Source: an uncultured Chloroflexia bacterium
GTDB taxonomy: Bacteria > Chloroflexota > Limnocylindria > Limnocylindrales > CSP1-4
NCBI GenBank assembly: GCA_963746405.1
Contig: CAVVAV010000002.1
Coordinates: 628,155 to 692,154, forward strand
DNA length: 64,000 bases
Reading direction: 5' to 3'
The position numbers and the translations under genes were made by a program. A model generated the notes under the pieces. It saw only the letters and a program-made list of their open reading frames with translations, did no database searches and was not told the DNA's origin. Below, piece by piece: positions 13,865 through 23,372 of the stretch. Numbering within the stretch: the first letter of the stretch is position 1; each line of letters starts with the position of its first letter.

Positions 13865-15103
13865 CAAGCCCGGCCACGACCGCCCCGTGGTGGGTGCGTC
13901 CTGGCCTGGAGATCGGCGCCCGACGGGCGCCTGCGGATCGCCGGGGGCGACGCCGAGGCGCTGGCCCGCGAGCACGGAACCCCACTGTTCGTCTATGACC
14001 GGCCTCGGTTTGCCGAGCACGCCCGGCGGCTGCAGTCGGCATTCGCACGGACCGGCGTGCCGTTCCGGCTGCGGTTCGCCCTCAAGGCCAATCCGCTGCC
14101 CGAGGTCCTCGAGGTGTTCCGTGGCCTCGGCGCCCCGGGCACACCGGAGAGTGTCGGGATCGATGCCTGCTCGCCCGGTGAAGTCCTGCGGGCCCTGGAG
14201 TGCGGCTGGACGCCCGGGGAGATCAGCTTTACCGGCACGAACGTGTCCGAGCGGGACCTCGACGTGCTACTCGCCCACGGCATCCACTGCAACCTCGACG
14301 CGCTCAGCCAGATCGAGCGCTACGGCCGCCGAGCGCCGCGATCGCGGATCGGGATCCGCATCGATCCGGGGGCGGGCGCCGGGTACAACGCCCATCTCGA
14401 ATACAGCGGCGAGCGGCCGACGAAGTTCGGGATCGGCCTCGAGCGACTCGACGAGGCGATCGCCGTGGCGGCCCGTCACGAGCTTCGGATCGACACGATC
14501 CACTTCCACGCCGGATCCGGCTGGCTCCGGGACGGGCTGCCCGCATTCGAGGCAGCGCTGCCGGCGGCGGTCACGGCGGTCGAGCGGTTACGCGCCGCCG
14601 GGCATGAGGTGATCGAGGTGAATGTCGGCGGCGGACTCGGCATGCCCGCCCGCGCCCACGAGCCCGCGATCGACCTCGACGCCTACGCCGCGATCGTCGC
14701 CCGACATCTCGAGCCGTTGGGTGTCGTCGTCGCATCGGAACCCGGGGACCACCTCTCGAAGGACGCGGCGATCCTGCTGGGCGAGGTCGTCACGGTCGAG
14801 GATCGGCGCGGGGTCACCTTCGTCGGCCTGGACATCGGCTGGAACGTGAACTGCGCGTACTTCATCTATGGCTTCGCGCAAGAGCTCGTCCTGTGCCGTG
14901 ATGCGGCAGCGGCGCGGACCGAGACGGTGACAGTGGCGGGCCACATCAACGAGGCGAGCGACGTGTTCGCCGAGGAGTATCCGATGCCGCCGGTCCGCGA
15001 GGGCGACATGGTCGCATTGCTCAATGCCGGGGGCTATCTCCAGGCCATGAGCTCGACCCACTGCCTGCGACCGATGGGCGAGGCCGTCTTCCTCGACCGC
15101 TAG
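13861..15103 (+). CDS. lysA: Diaminopimelate decarboxylase (one-base frameshift near 13919-13921 as assembled)
   Basis: EHGTPLFVYD, FALKANP (PLP Lys), TKFGI, HFHAGSG, NVGGGLG, EPG, NAGGY. The GTG at 13861 (MTSPATTAPWWVRPGLEIG) is one base out of frame with the body. Confidence 0.8.
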
Positions 15104-15562
15104 CTAACCGGAGTCGAGGGCGCCCCAACCAGCGGCGCGCTCGATCTCGATCGCGATCATCGGGCTGGACTCCAGGTCGTGCGCGGCGTACTGCGGATAT
15201 TTCGCCCGGAGGCGCTCGACGGCGTCGGGCGCCACGTCGGACGGTTCGATCAGCGACGCCCGTCCGTTGAGGCGCAGCCACCCGAGGCGGGACCAGTCCT
15301 CGTCCCAGCGCTCGACGAGGACGCTGACCTCGGGCCGTGTGCCGATGTCGCGGACCCGGACGAGCGCGCGCTTGTCGGGGGACGCCTTCGGCTTGTCGTC
15401 GAGCGGTGTGAGCAGGCGGACATGGGTGGGGTCGGCGGCATCCACGATGAAGCAGATCGGGACGGGTCTCGGTCGGCCATCGGGGTCGATCGTCGCAAGG
15501 ATGGCCCGGCGCGCGGCGACCAGGAAGGCGATCTCACCGGGATCCATGACGACGGTCGACAT
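15104..15562 (-). CDS. Pyridoxamine 5'-phosphate oxidase-like (PPOX class, putative F420-dependent) protein
   Basis: RRAILATIDPDGRPRPVPICF, DDKPK, ERWDEDWSRLGWLRLNG, LRAKYPQY. Confidence 0.85.
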   Translation of the reverse strand: MSTVVMDPGEIAFLVAARRAILATIDPDGRPRPVPICFIVDAADPTHVRLLTPLDDKPKASPDKRALVRVRDIGTRPEVSVLVERWDEDWSRLGWLRLNGRASLIEPSDVAPDAVERLRAKYPQYAAHDLESSPMIAIEIERAAGWGALDSG

Positions 15563-15613
15563 CGGCGCGCCCAATGATGCGCCACCGGCGGCGCCCGGTC
15601 CTACACTCGGCGT

Positions 15614-16480
15614 GTGCACGACACGAGCGCTCCACCGACCCGCCACATCGCCACCCGGTCCGTGGTGACCGTGCGCGGCGAGACGCTCGAAGTCCGCCCG
15701 GACCGGATCGTGGGCGAAGCGCCACTGGAGATCCGCGCGGCTGGTCCTGACGAGGAGCCGGTCGCGGTTGCCGTGACGATGCGAACGCCCGGCCACGAGG
15801 CCGAGCTCGCGGTCGGATTCCTGCGCACGGAGGGCCTGATCGACGGGGCCGAGGACGTGGCCTCGACCGAGGGCGGCGATCCGGCGACGCTCAACCAGCC
15901 CGACGACACGATCGTCGTTCGCCTCACGCGCCCGTTCGACGTGTCCTCGGTGGCCGAACGGCATTTCGTGGCGACCGCATCGTGCGGGATCTGCGGCAAG
16001 GCCTCGATCGACGAGGTCGCCATTCGCTGCGAGACGCTTCCGGACGGCCCGGTCGTCGCACGGACGGTGGTCCTGGCCCTGCCGGACTTGCTGCGCGTGG
16101 CGCAACGGGCGTTCGATGAGACCGGCGGACTCCACGCAGCCGCACTGTTCACGCCGCGGGGCGAGCTCATCGAGATCCGCGAGGATGTCGGCCGGCACAA
16201 CGCGCTCGACAAGCTGGTCGGGTCGCAGCTGCTCGCGGGCGCCCTCCCGCTGCACGACCGGATCCTCATGGTCTCAGGGAGGGTCAGCTTCGAGATCGTG
16301 CAGAAGGCGGCCGTCGCTGGCGTCCCGATCGTGTGCGCCGTGTCAGCGCCGTCGGACCTTGCGGTCGAGACCGCGGAGCGGCTCGGGGTCACGCTGGTCG
16401 GCTTCCTCCGCGGCGACGGATTCAACGTCTACAGCCACGACCGCCGGATCGACCTGCACGACCTGACGGGCTGGAGCTGA
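15614..16480 (+). CDS. fdhD: Formate dehydrogenase accessory sulfurtransferase FdhD
   Basis: MRTPGHEAELAVGFL, SCGICGK, TGGLHAAALF, REDVGRHNALDKLVG, VSAPS. Confidence 0.95.
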   Translation: MHDTSAPPTRHIATRSVVTVRGETLEVRPDRIVGEAPLEIRAAGPDEEPVAVAVTMRTPGHEAELAVGFLRTEGLIDGAEDVASTEGGDPATLNQPDDTIVVRLTRPFDVSSVAERHFVATASCGICGKASIDEVAIRCETLPDGPVVARTVVLALPDLLRVAQRAFDETGGLHAAALFTPRGELIEIREDVGRHNALDKLVGSQLLAGALPLHDRILMVSGRVSFEIVQKAAVAGVPIVCAVSAPSDLAVETAERLGVTLVGFLRGDGFNVYSHDRRIDLHDLTGWS

Positions 16481-16483
16481 GGC

Positions 16484-16900
16484 GTGGCTTGGATCACGGT
16501 GGCTGTGCTCGGCGCGTTCGTGGTCCTAGTCCCTGGCTGCAGCCCGGGGCCGACCGTGTCACCATTGCCACCGCCACTGCAGCGCATCGAGTGCGGGCCC
16601 CTCGACCCAGCGACCTGCGATGCCGCGGTCGATGCGATCCTGGCGTCGATCACCGACCCTCCGGGAACTCCCATCGTCGTCACCCTGCAGGATGGATCCT
16701 TCTGCGCGGATCACCTCTTCGACGGCGTGCCCTGTCCACCGTTGCCCATCCCGCCGGGCGCCTCCTGGCGGGGCCGCGCGGAGGTGGTCTTCGGCAACAG
16801 GTACGAGTCCGCGTTCCTCGATGTCGTGGCAGGTCCCACAGGGATCGAGCCGTCGCTCGTCGCCATCGCGCGGCGGCCACAGGCGCCGCCGACCGACTGA
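16484..16900 (+). CDS. Hypothetical Cys-containing lipoprotein
   Basis: Hydrophobic leader ending VPGC (lipobox-like); four further Cys; 3 nt after fdhD. Confidence 0.55.
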   Translation: MAWITVAVLGAFVVLVPGCSPGPTVSPLPPPLQRIECGPLDPATCDAAVDAILASITDPPGTPIVVTLQDGSFCADHLFDGVPCPPLPIPPGASWRGRAEVVFGNRYESAFLDVVAGPTGIEPSLVAIARRPQAPPTD

Positions 16901-16931
16901 GCTCGGTCGGGCTGGCATGCGGGGCGGGCCG

Positions 16932-18035
16932 TCAGCCTTGCGGTCTCGGGGGTCGCTCGTTCACGAACTCGAACCCGAAGCGGCCCTTCACGCACAGGTG
17001 GCCGTCCGTCACGGACGAGTCCATCGGCGACGTGACCTTGAGGATGCGGTCGTCCTGGACGTGGAGGTCCAGCACGCACCCGACGCCGCAGTACGGGCAG
17101 ATGGTCGAGGTCACGGTCTGGGCCGACTCGTCCCACGTGCCCGCCTCGCGCATGTCGTATTCGGGCTTGGCCATCAGCGCGCCGGTCGGACACACGCCGA
17201 TGCAGTTGCCGCAGTAGACGCACGCCGACTCGGGCAAGGGCACGGCCTGCTCGGTCGAGATGCGCGCATCGAACCCGCGCCCGGCGACCGCGATCGCGAA
17301 CGTGTTCTGGGCGTCCTCCCCGCACGCCTCCACGCACTTGTAGCAGAGGATGCACTTCGAGTAGTCGCGGACGTACAGGTCGTTGTCGATCTTCGTGGGC
17401 TGGGCGACCGTGGCGGCCACGGCGTCTCCCTCGGGGACGTGATGGTGTCCGGGAGTCCGGTCGTCCCGCTCGCCGGCCCCGGCCGGTGGCGCCGGCGGCC
17501 CATACCGGGCGGCGTCCGCGCCGTACCGCCGCATATACGAATGGATCGTCCCGTCCGGCACCGCGGGACCGGCGAGCGACACGTCGACCGAGGAGCCCAG
17601 GAACTCGAGCACGACCTTGCGCGACAGGCGGACGCGGTCCGAGTCGGTCTGCACCTCCATCCCGGCCTCGACCTTGCGTGAGCAGGCGGGCACGAGGACG
17701 CGTGAGCCGGTCACCTCGACGACACAGACGCGGCAGACGTTGACCGGCGCCAGGTTATCGGCGTAGCAGAGCGTCGGCGTGTCGACACCCTGCTGCCGGC
17801 ATGCGCCAAGGATCGTCGTGCCTTCGGGGACCACAACGGCGACGCCGTCGATGGTGAGCTCGACGTCCGGCGGCGCCTCGACGGGGGGTGGCGCCGGTGG
17901 GCGCGACGGCCGCGCGGGCGGGCGCAGGATGATCTCGGTCAGCGGCTGGGCGGCCGGCGCCTGCCCGCCGTGCGGGGTGTGCGGGTCCGGGGCGGGGTCG
18001 CGGCTCATGGACAGGCCCCGCGTGTCCTCGCTCAC
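16932..18035 (-). CDS. Formate dehydrogenase Fe-S subunit (2Fe-2S + 2x4Fe-4S + Molybdop_Fe4S4 domain; N-terminal part of an FdhA/NuoG-type alpha chain)
   Basis: PTLCY...CRVCVVEV...PAC, KCILCYKCVEAC, CVYCGNCIGVCPTG, C-terminal ICPYCGVGC...HLCVKGRFG. Confidence 0.9.
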   Translation of the reverse strand: MSEDTRGLSMSRDPAPDPHTPHGGQAPAAQPLTEIILRPPARPSRPPAPPPVEAPPDVELTIDGVAVVVPEGTTILGACRQQGVDTPTLCYADNLAPVNVCRVCVVEVTGSRVLVPACSRKVEAGMEVQTDSDRVRLSRKVVLEFLGSSVDVSLAGPAVPDGTIHSYMRRYGADAARYGPPAPPAGAGERDDRTPGHHHVPEGDAVAATVAQPTKIDNDLYVRDYSKCILCYKCVEACGEDAQNTFAIAVAGRGFDARISTEQAVPLPESACVYCGNCIGVCPTGALMAKPEYDMREAGTWDESAQTVTSTICPYCGVGCVLDLHVQDDRILKVTSPMDSSVTDGHLCVKGRFGFEFVNERPPRPQG

Positions 18036-19882
18036 AGCGCCACCAGCTCCGGCTGCCGCAAGGCCGACTCAATGGCCGACGACGCCGTCTGGCCGAGGCC
18101 ACAGATCGATGCGTCACGCATGGCCTGGCCGATGTCCCGGAGCAGGACCATCTCCTCTTCCCGCGACCGGACGTTCGAGCCGGCCGCAAGGCGGGCCAGC
18201 AGCTCTTCCTGGCGCACGCTCCCGACGCGACAAGGCACGCACTGGCCGCACAATTCGTCGCGGAAGAACTGGGCGATGCGCCGGAGCGTGTCGACGAGGT
18301 CCACGCTCTCGTCGAAGACCATGATCACGCCCGAGCCAAGTGTCGCGCCGGCTGCCCGGGTCGCCTCGAACGTGAGGGGCATGTCGAGGGCGTCCGGCCC
18401 GACGAACACCCCGGCCGCCCCGCCGAGCAGGATCGCCCGGATGCCGCGACCGCCGCTGACACCACCGGCGAGCTCGATGAGGTCGCGCATGGTCGCGCCG
18501 AACTCCACCTCGTAGACGCCGGGCCGCTCGACGTGGCCGGACAGGCAGAACAGCCGCGGTCCGGTCGAGCCCTCCGTACCGATCCGTGCGTACGCTTCGC
18601 CACCCATCTCGAGGATCAGCGGGATGTTGGCCAGCGTCTCGACGTTGTTCACGACCGTCGGCTTGCCGAAGAGCCCGACCTCGACCGGGAACGGCGGCTT
18701 GTTGCGCGGCTCGCCGCGCTTGCCCTCGATCGACTCGAAGAGGGCCGTCTCCTCGCCACAGATGTAGGCGCCGGCGCCACGTCGCAATTCGATGTCGAAG
18801 GCGAAGCCCGACCGGAGGATGTCAGGCCCGAGGAGGCCGGCGCCCCGCACGGTCGAGATCGCGTTGCTCACGCGTTCCCCGGCTTCCGGGTACTCGCCGC
18901 GGATGTAGATGTACCCCTGCGACGCGCCGGTCGCGAACGCGGCGATCGTCATCGCCTCCACCACCGCGAACGGGTCGCCCTCGAGGAGGACACGGTCCTT
19001 GAACGTGCCGGGTTCTGATTCGTCGGCGTTGCAGACGAGGTAATGCGGCTGGACGGGTTGGGCCGCGACCGCGGCCCACTTGCGCCCGGTCGGGAACGCC
19101 GCGCCGCCGCGACCCATGAGCTTCGATGCCGTCACTTCGGCGGTGACCGCGTCCGCTCCGATGTCGATGGCCTTGGCAAGGGCGGTATAGCCGCCGCCCG
19201 AACGGTAGTCGTCGAGTGACGACGGGTCGACGACGCCGACCCGCCGCAGCAGCCGGAGCGCCGGGTCGCCGGCCTGCCGTGCCGGCAGGGCCGGGCGAGC
19301 GATCCTGGTCCCGTCGAGACGTGCGACGATCCCCGCCGCGTCCACGGGCGCCGCTGTCGCCGCCGTCGCCGAGCCCCCGGCCCTGGTGATCATCGCCGCG
19401 GGGGCGAGGTCGCACAGTCCCAGGCACGGCGAGCGCAGCCAGCCGACCTCGCCATTGCGTGTCGCCTCGTCGGCCGGCCCGATCGAACGCTCGAGGTCCG
19501 CGCAGATCCCCTCCGCTCCGGCAAGCCGGCAGGCGATGTCGTCGCAGACATGGGCGACGACCGGCGGCCTCGGCGTCGTCGAGTACAGGGCGTAGAACGT
19601 CGCGACGCCGTACGCCTCCGCGGGTGGCACGGCCAGACGCCGCGAGATGTAGTTGAGTGCGGGCTGGCTGATCCAGCCGATCCGGTCCTGGACGGCGTGG
19701 AGGGCCGGCAGCAGCTGTGACCGCCTGGCCCGGAGGGCGTGGCCGCCGCGGGCGGCGTGGCCGTCGATCCCCGGTCGTCGCGCGCCACCGACCCAGCCCG
19801 ACTCCGGAGGCCCGAGGACGGCATCGACCGCTGCGCGCTCGGCGGGGGAGGCGAGCGGCCCGATGACATGCAGGTCCATCAC
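18032..19882 (-). CDS. Fused NuoE/NuoF-like NAD(H) diaphorase subunit of formate dehydrogenase
   Basis: N-terminal VCDDIAC...CLGLC (2Fe-2S); GRGGAAFPTG.KW, CNADESEPGTFKDR, GAGAYICGEETAL, CGQCVPCR...C (4Fe-4S). Confidence 0.92.
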   Translation of the reverse strand: MMDLHVIGPLASPAERAAVDAVLGPPESGWVGGARRPGIDGHAARGGHALRARRSQLLPALHAVQDRIGWISQPALNYISRRLAVPPAEAYGVATFYALYSTTPRPPVVAHVCDDIACRLAGAEGICADLERSIGPADEATRNGEVGWLRSPCLGLCDLAPAAMITRAGGSATAATAAPVDAAGIVARLDGTRIARPALPARQAGDPALRLLRRVGVVDPSSLDDYRSGGGYTALAKAIDIGADAVTAEVTASKLMGRGGAAFPTGRKWAAVAAQPVQPHYLVCNADESEPGTFKDRVLLEGDPFAVVEAMTIAAFATGASQGYIYIRGEYPEAGERVSNAISTVRGAGLLGPDILRSGFAFDIELRRGAGAYICGEETALFESIEGKRGEPRNKPPFPVEVGLFGKPTVVNNVETLANIPLILEMGGEAYARIGTEGSTGPRLFCLSGHVERPGVYEVEFGATMRDLIELAGGVSGGRGIRAILLGGAAGVFVGPDALDMPLTFEATRAAGATLGSGVIMVFDESVDLVDTLRRIAQFFRDELCGQCVPCRVGSVRQEELLARLAAGSNVRSREEEMVLLRDIGQAMRDASICGLGQTASSAIESALRQPELVAL

Positions 19883-19909
19883 CGTCGAGTGTAGCGACGC
19901 GGGCCTGCG

Positions 19910-20770
19910 TCAGATTCGGAGGACGCGGACGTCGAGCGGCTGCTGGCGTCCGCGGAGCGTGAGGTGACGGGCTTCCAGTCCGCTTTGGAGCCCGGCGAGG
20001 GCGGAGGCGTCGGCGCTGACCAGGATCTCTCCCCCGGCAGCCGCCGAAGCGAGCCGCGCGGTGACGTTGACGGTGTCGCCGAGCGCGGTGAAGTCGGTCA
20101 CGGTATCGCCGATCGTGCCCACATAGGCCACCCCCGAGTGGATGCCGATCCCGAGCGGGGCCCATGGCCCAGCCGCATCCCCATGGCCGGTGACTCGGAG
20201 CATCTCCTTTGCCGCCCCGACCGCGCGGCCGGCGTGGTCGGTCCCGGTCAGGGCCGGGATGAATAGGGCGACGACCTCATCGCCGACGAACTTGTCGACG
20301 ACCGCGTCGTGTGCGATCAGGATCTCCGTCATCTCGCGATAGAACCGGCCCATGAGCCGGTGGAAGGACGCCGGGTCCATCAATTCGCCGAGCGTCGTCG
20401 ATCCACGGATGTCGGCGAAGAGGAGGCTCAGCTCGATCTCGGCGCCGCCCCGGCCTTTCTCCAGTTCCTTGAAGCAGAAGCCACAGATGGTGGGGTTCTT
20501 CGCCCACGGCCCGCGGTCGATCATTCGCATCACGGGCGCGCCGGGTCCTGCGAACGGTGCAGCGCAGAGCTTGCAGCGCGGCGAGCTCGGGAGGTGCCGG
20601 AGGAAGCGGCGGCCGGAGCCGAACCCGCCGGCCGTGCCCTCGAGGATCGCCCGCCACAGGGGATCCGAGACGATCGGCTCGGCCAAGACCGGCGCGTCGT
20701 CGTCCGGCGCGGCGTCGTCCTGCGCCGGCGAACCGTCGACCGTCGATCCTGGTCGCGCCTCGGATCCCAT
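19910..20770 (-). CDS. Class III adenylate cyclase with N-terminal CxxC...CxxC motif
   Basis: FADIRGST, DKFVGDEV (Lys = ATP specificity), TALGDTVNVTARL; upstream CKLC...CGFC. Confidence 0.88.
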   Translation of the reverse strand: MGSEARPGSTVDGSPAQDDAAPDDDAPVLAEPIVSDPLWRAILEGTAGGFGSGRRFLRHLPSSPRCKLCAAPFAGPGAPVMRMIDRGPWAKNPTICGFCFKELEKGRGGAEIELSLLFADIRGSTTLGELMDPASFHRLMGRFYREMTEILIAHDAVVDKFVGDEVVALFIPALTGTDHAGRAVGAAKEMLRVTGHGDAAGPWAPLGIGIHSGVAYVGTIGDTVTDFTALGDTVNVTARLASAAAGGEILVSADASALAGLQSGLEARHLTLRGRQQPLDVRVLRI

Positions 20771-20933
20771 CAGCGACCTCTCTTCGCGTGGTCCGACAGA
20801 CTCTACGCCTGCCCTGCGGTTCGCTGCGATTCCGCGGTCCCAGCGACCCCGTTGCGCCGTAGGATGCACCTGACGCGTGCCCGGAGGACGGAGGGGTGGC
20901 CGCGCGGTGCACGCCGGTGGAGAGGGAGGAGTC

Positions 20934-22409
20934 ATGTCCTCGTCCGCGTCCGACCCTGGCGGTCAAACCCTCGAACGTGGGGCCATCGGCCTCACCGAGG
21001 TCCTGTTCCAGTCGATCACGCACATGGCGCCGGCGGTCGCCACGGCCCTGTCCATCGGGGCCGCTACGATCTTCGCCGGCGGCAATGCGCCCCTCGCGGT
21101 CGTCCTCGCCCTCGTGGCGGCCGTATTCACGGCCTATTCGATCGGCGAGCTCGCGCGCTACCTGCCATCGGCGGGTGGCATGTACACGTACGTGGCCCGC
21201 GGACTCGGGTCGTTCGCCGGCTGGCTGATGGCCTGGGCGTTCCTGCTCGCCGAGCCGGTGGTCCCGGCGGCGCTGTTCGCGGCGTTCGGGTTGTTCGGCG
21301 CATCCCTGATCACGACGCTCACCGGGTTCTCGAACGATCTCCTGTGGCTGCCGCTCGCTGTCGGCTGCGGCCTGCTCGTGTGGTGGCTCGTGTATCGCGG
21401 CATCTCGCTGTCGACACGTGTGGGCGTGGCCCTCGGCCTGATCGAGATCGGCATCTTCCTGCTGGTGTCGTTCCTGCTCCTCGTGAATGCGGGGGCGCGG
21501 AACACGCTGTCCGTGTTCATCCCGGGCGAGGAGGGCCTGAAGCCGGCGCTGCAGGGCATGGTGTTCTGCCTGCTTGCCTTCGTCGGCTTCGAGGCAGCCG
21601 CCCCGCTGGCCGAGGAGACGCGCGACCCGAAGCGCACGATCCGGCGAGCGGTCCTTCTGTCGGCGGTCCTCATCGGCCTGTTCTACACATTCAACATGTA
21701 TGCGGCGACGGTCTACTTCGGACCGGAGCGGATGGGCGACTTCCTCGCGTTCAACGATGGCGATCCGTGGAGTGGGATGGCGAACGAGGTCCTGCCCGGC
21801 GTCGGCGGGCTGCTCGTGATCTTCGCGATCCTCAACAGCTGCCTGGCCAACGCCAGTGCCGGTGCGAATGCCTCGACCCGGGTGATCTTCTCCCTCGGCC
21901 GCGTGCGCCTGCTGCCGCGCTGGTTCGCCGCCATCCATGAGACCTACCGGACACCGCTGAACGCCGTCCATTTCCAGGGCATCCTGGGGATCGGGCTGGC
22001 GGTCGTGCTCGGGCTCGTATTCCAGGGCCAGCCGCTGGGTGGCCCGCTCACCACCTACGTCTGGATCGGGTATGCCCTCGGCCTGCTGTTCGCGGGCATG
22101 TACGTCGCGGTCAACCTCGCGGTCATCGGGTTCTACATGGGTGAACGGAGAGAGGACTTCTCGCCCATCAAGCACCTCGTGGTTCCCATCCTCGGCATCG
22201 TGCTGCTGATCCCGGCGTTCCTCGGCGTCCTGGGCGGCCTGACGATCCCGATCCTCGACATCGATCTCGACCCGCTCGCCCAGCCGTTCGACATCGTCCC
22301 GCTGCTCGTCCTGATCTGGATGATCACCGGGGTCGTCGCCTACTTCGTGCTCAGGAGCCGGACCCCGGACGCCCTGGCGCGTGTCGGTGACGTGATGACG
22401 GAGGCCTGA
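20934..22409 (+). CDS. APC family amino acid/amine permease
   Basis: About 12 TM segments, PSAGGMYTY, FVGFEAAAPLAEETRDPKRTI; SD GGAGGAG. Confidence 0.92.
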   Translation: MSSSASDPGGQTLERGAIGLTEVLFQSITHMAPAVATALSIGAATIFAGGNAPLAVVLALVAAVFTAYSIGELARYLPSAGGMYTYVARGLGSFAGWLMAWAFLLAEPVVPAALFAAFGLFGASLITTLTGFSNDLLWLPLAVGCGLLVWWLVYRGISLSTRVGVALGLIEIGIFLLVSFLLLVNAGARNTLSVFIPGEEGLKPALQGMVFCLLAFVGFEAAAPLAEETRDPKRTIRRAVLLSAVLIGLFYTFNMYAATVYFGPERMGDFLAFNDGDPWSGMANEVLPGVGGLLVIFAILNSCLANASAGANASTRVIFSLGRVRLLPRWFAAIHETYRTPLNAVHFQGILGIGLAVVLGLVFQGQPLGGPLTTYVWIGYALGLLFAGMYVAVNLAVIGFYMGERREDFSPIKHLVVPILGIVLLIPAFLGVLGGLTIPILDIDLDPLAQPFDIVPLLVLIWMITGVVAYFVLRSRTPDALARVGDVMTEA

Positions 22410-22419
22410 TCCGCGGAGA

Positions 22420-23361
22420 TCAGTCGAAGATGGCCAGCGGACAGTGGGCGGTGACGATGACGTTCGGCATGTCCACGATCTCGCTGATCCGCAGATCGAC
22501 CGCGACGCTGCACAGCAGGTAGGCATCGATCGGCGCGAGGCCGTGCTCACGGCCGAGCCAGTCGATCATCCGGCGGGTCGCATCCCGGGCCGCCGTCATG
22601 AGGTCGGGCCCGACCCCGTCGGTCGCGTACCGGCGGCCGACGGGGCGCTCGGCCGCATCGCCCGGTGCCGTCAGGAACTCGGGCGCGGTCAGGTGCAGGT
22701 CCTTGCGGACGGTCAGCCGGAGCGTCGCGTGCATCGGGGTCTCGATCGCCGTCCCGCACACCTCGCCGTCGCCCTGCGCGGCGTGGCCGTCCCCGACGCT
22801 CAGGCGCGCGCCGTCGTGGAATACCGGCAGGAACAACGTCGCGCCCGCGGTCAGGTGGCGGGTGTCCATGTTCCCGCCATGGACGTCCGGTGGGATCGTG
22901 GACCGCGGCCCGTCCGCGGGTGCCACACCGACCTCGCCGCAGAACGGGATGATCGGCACCCGGATACCCGGCAGGAACTCCGCGCGGCTGCCCACCGACG
23001 GCAGCGACGTGACGCGCAGCGCCGGATCGGGGAATTCGTCGGCGAGCAGGCCGAACCCAGGGATGCTCGCTGTCCAGCCCCAATCGGCGGGTCGAAAATC
23101 CAGGAGGTCGACCTGCAGGGTGTCGCCGGTCTCGGCGCCTTCGACCGCGATGGGCCCGTTCACTTGATCGACGCGATCGAAGTCGAGGCGGGCGAGGTCG
23201 TCGAGCGTCGATGTCGCGGTCAGCTGCCCGCCGCTCGCGTCGAGGCAGTCGAACGTGACCGTGCTGCCCGAGACGACCGTGGCGATCGGGGGGATCGCCG
23301 GATCCCAGGCGAGGTGGAACTGCTCGCGGGTGACGTGGAACGCGGACAGTGCCGTCGCCAT
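22420..23361 (-). CDS. Acetamidase/formamidase family protein (FmdA_AmdA)
   Basis: NGPIAVEGAETGDTL, HGGNMD, SVGDGHAAQGDGEVCGTAIE, AYLLCSVAVDLRISEIVD; SD GAGGAGG overlapping the fdh stop. Confidence 0.92.
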   Translation of the reverse strand: MATALSAFHVTREQFHLAWDPAIPPIATVVSGSTVTFDCLDASGGQLTATSTLDDLARLDFDRVDQVNGPIAVEGAETGDTLQVDLLDFRPADWGWTASIPGFGLLADEFPDPALRVTSLPSVGSRAEFLPGIRVPIIPFCGEVGVAPADGPRSTIPPDVHGGNMDTRHLTAGATLFLPVFHDGARLSVGDGHAAQGDGEVCGTAIETPMHATLRLTVRKDLHLTAPEFLTAPGDAAERPVGRRYATDGVGPDLMTAARDATRRMIDWLGREHGLAPIDAYLLCSVAVDLRISEIVDMPNVIVTAHCPLAIFD

Positions 23362-23372
23362 CGTGATCCTCC

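Noticed and set aside
13862..13921. DUF2277 TGA is in frame with the lysA body, suggesting a Sec or readthrough fusion
   Set aside because: The linker would be junk-like (QARPRPPRGG...), no SECIS-like hairpin was recognised, and the GTGA-overlapping frame gives a more plausible LysA N-terminus; a one-base indel explains it better.
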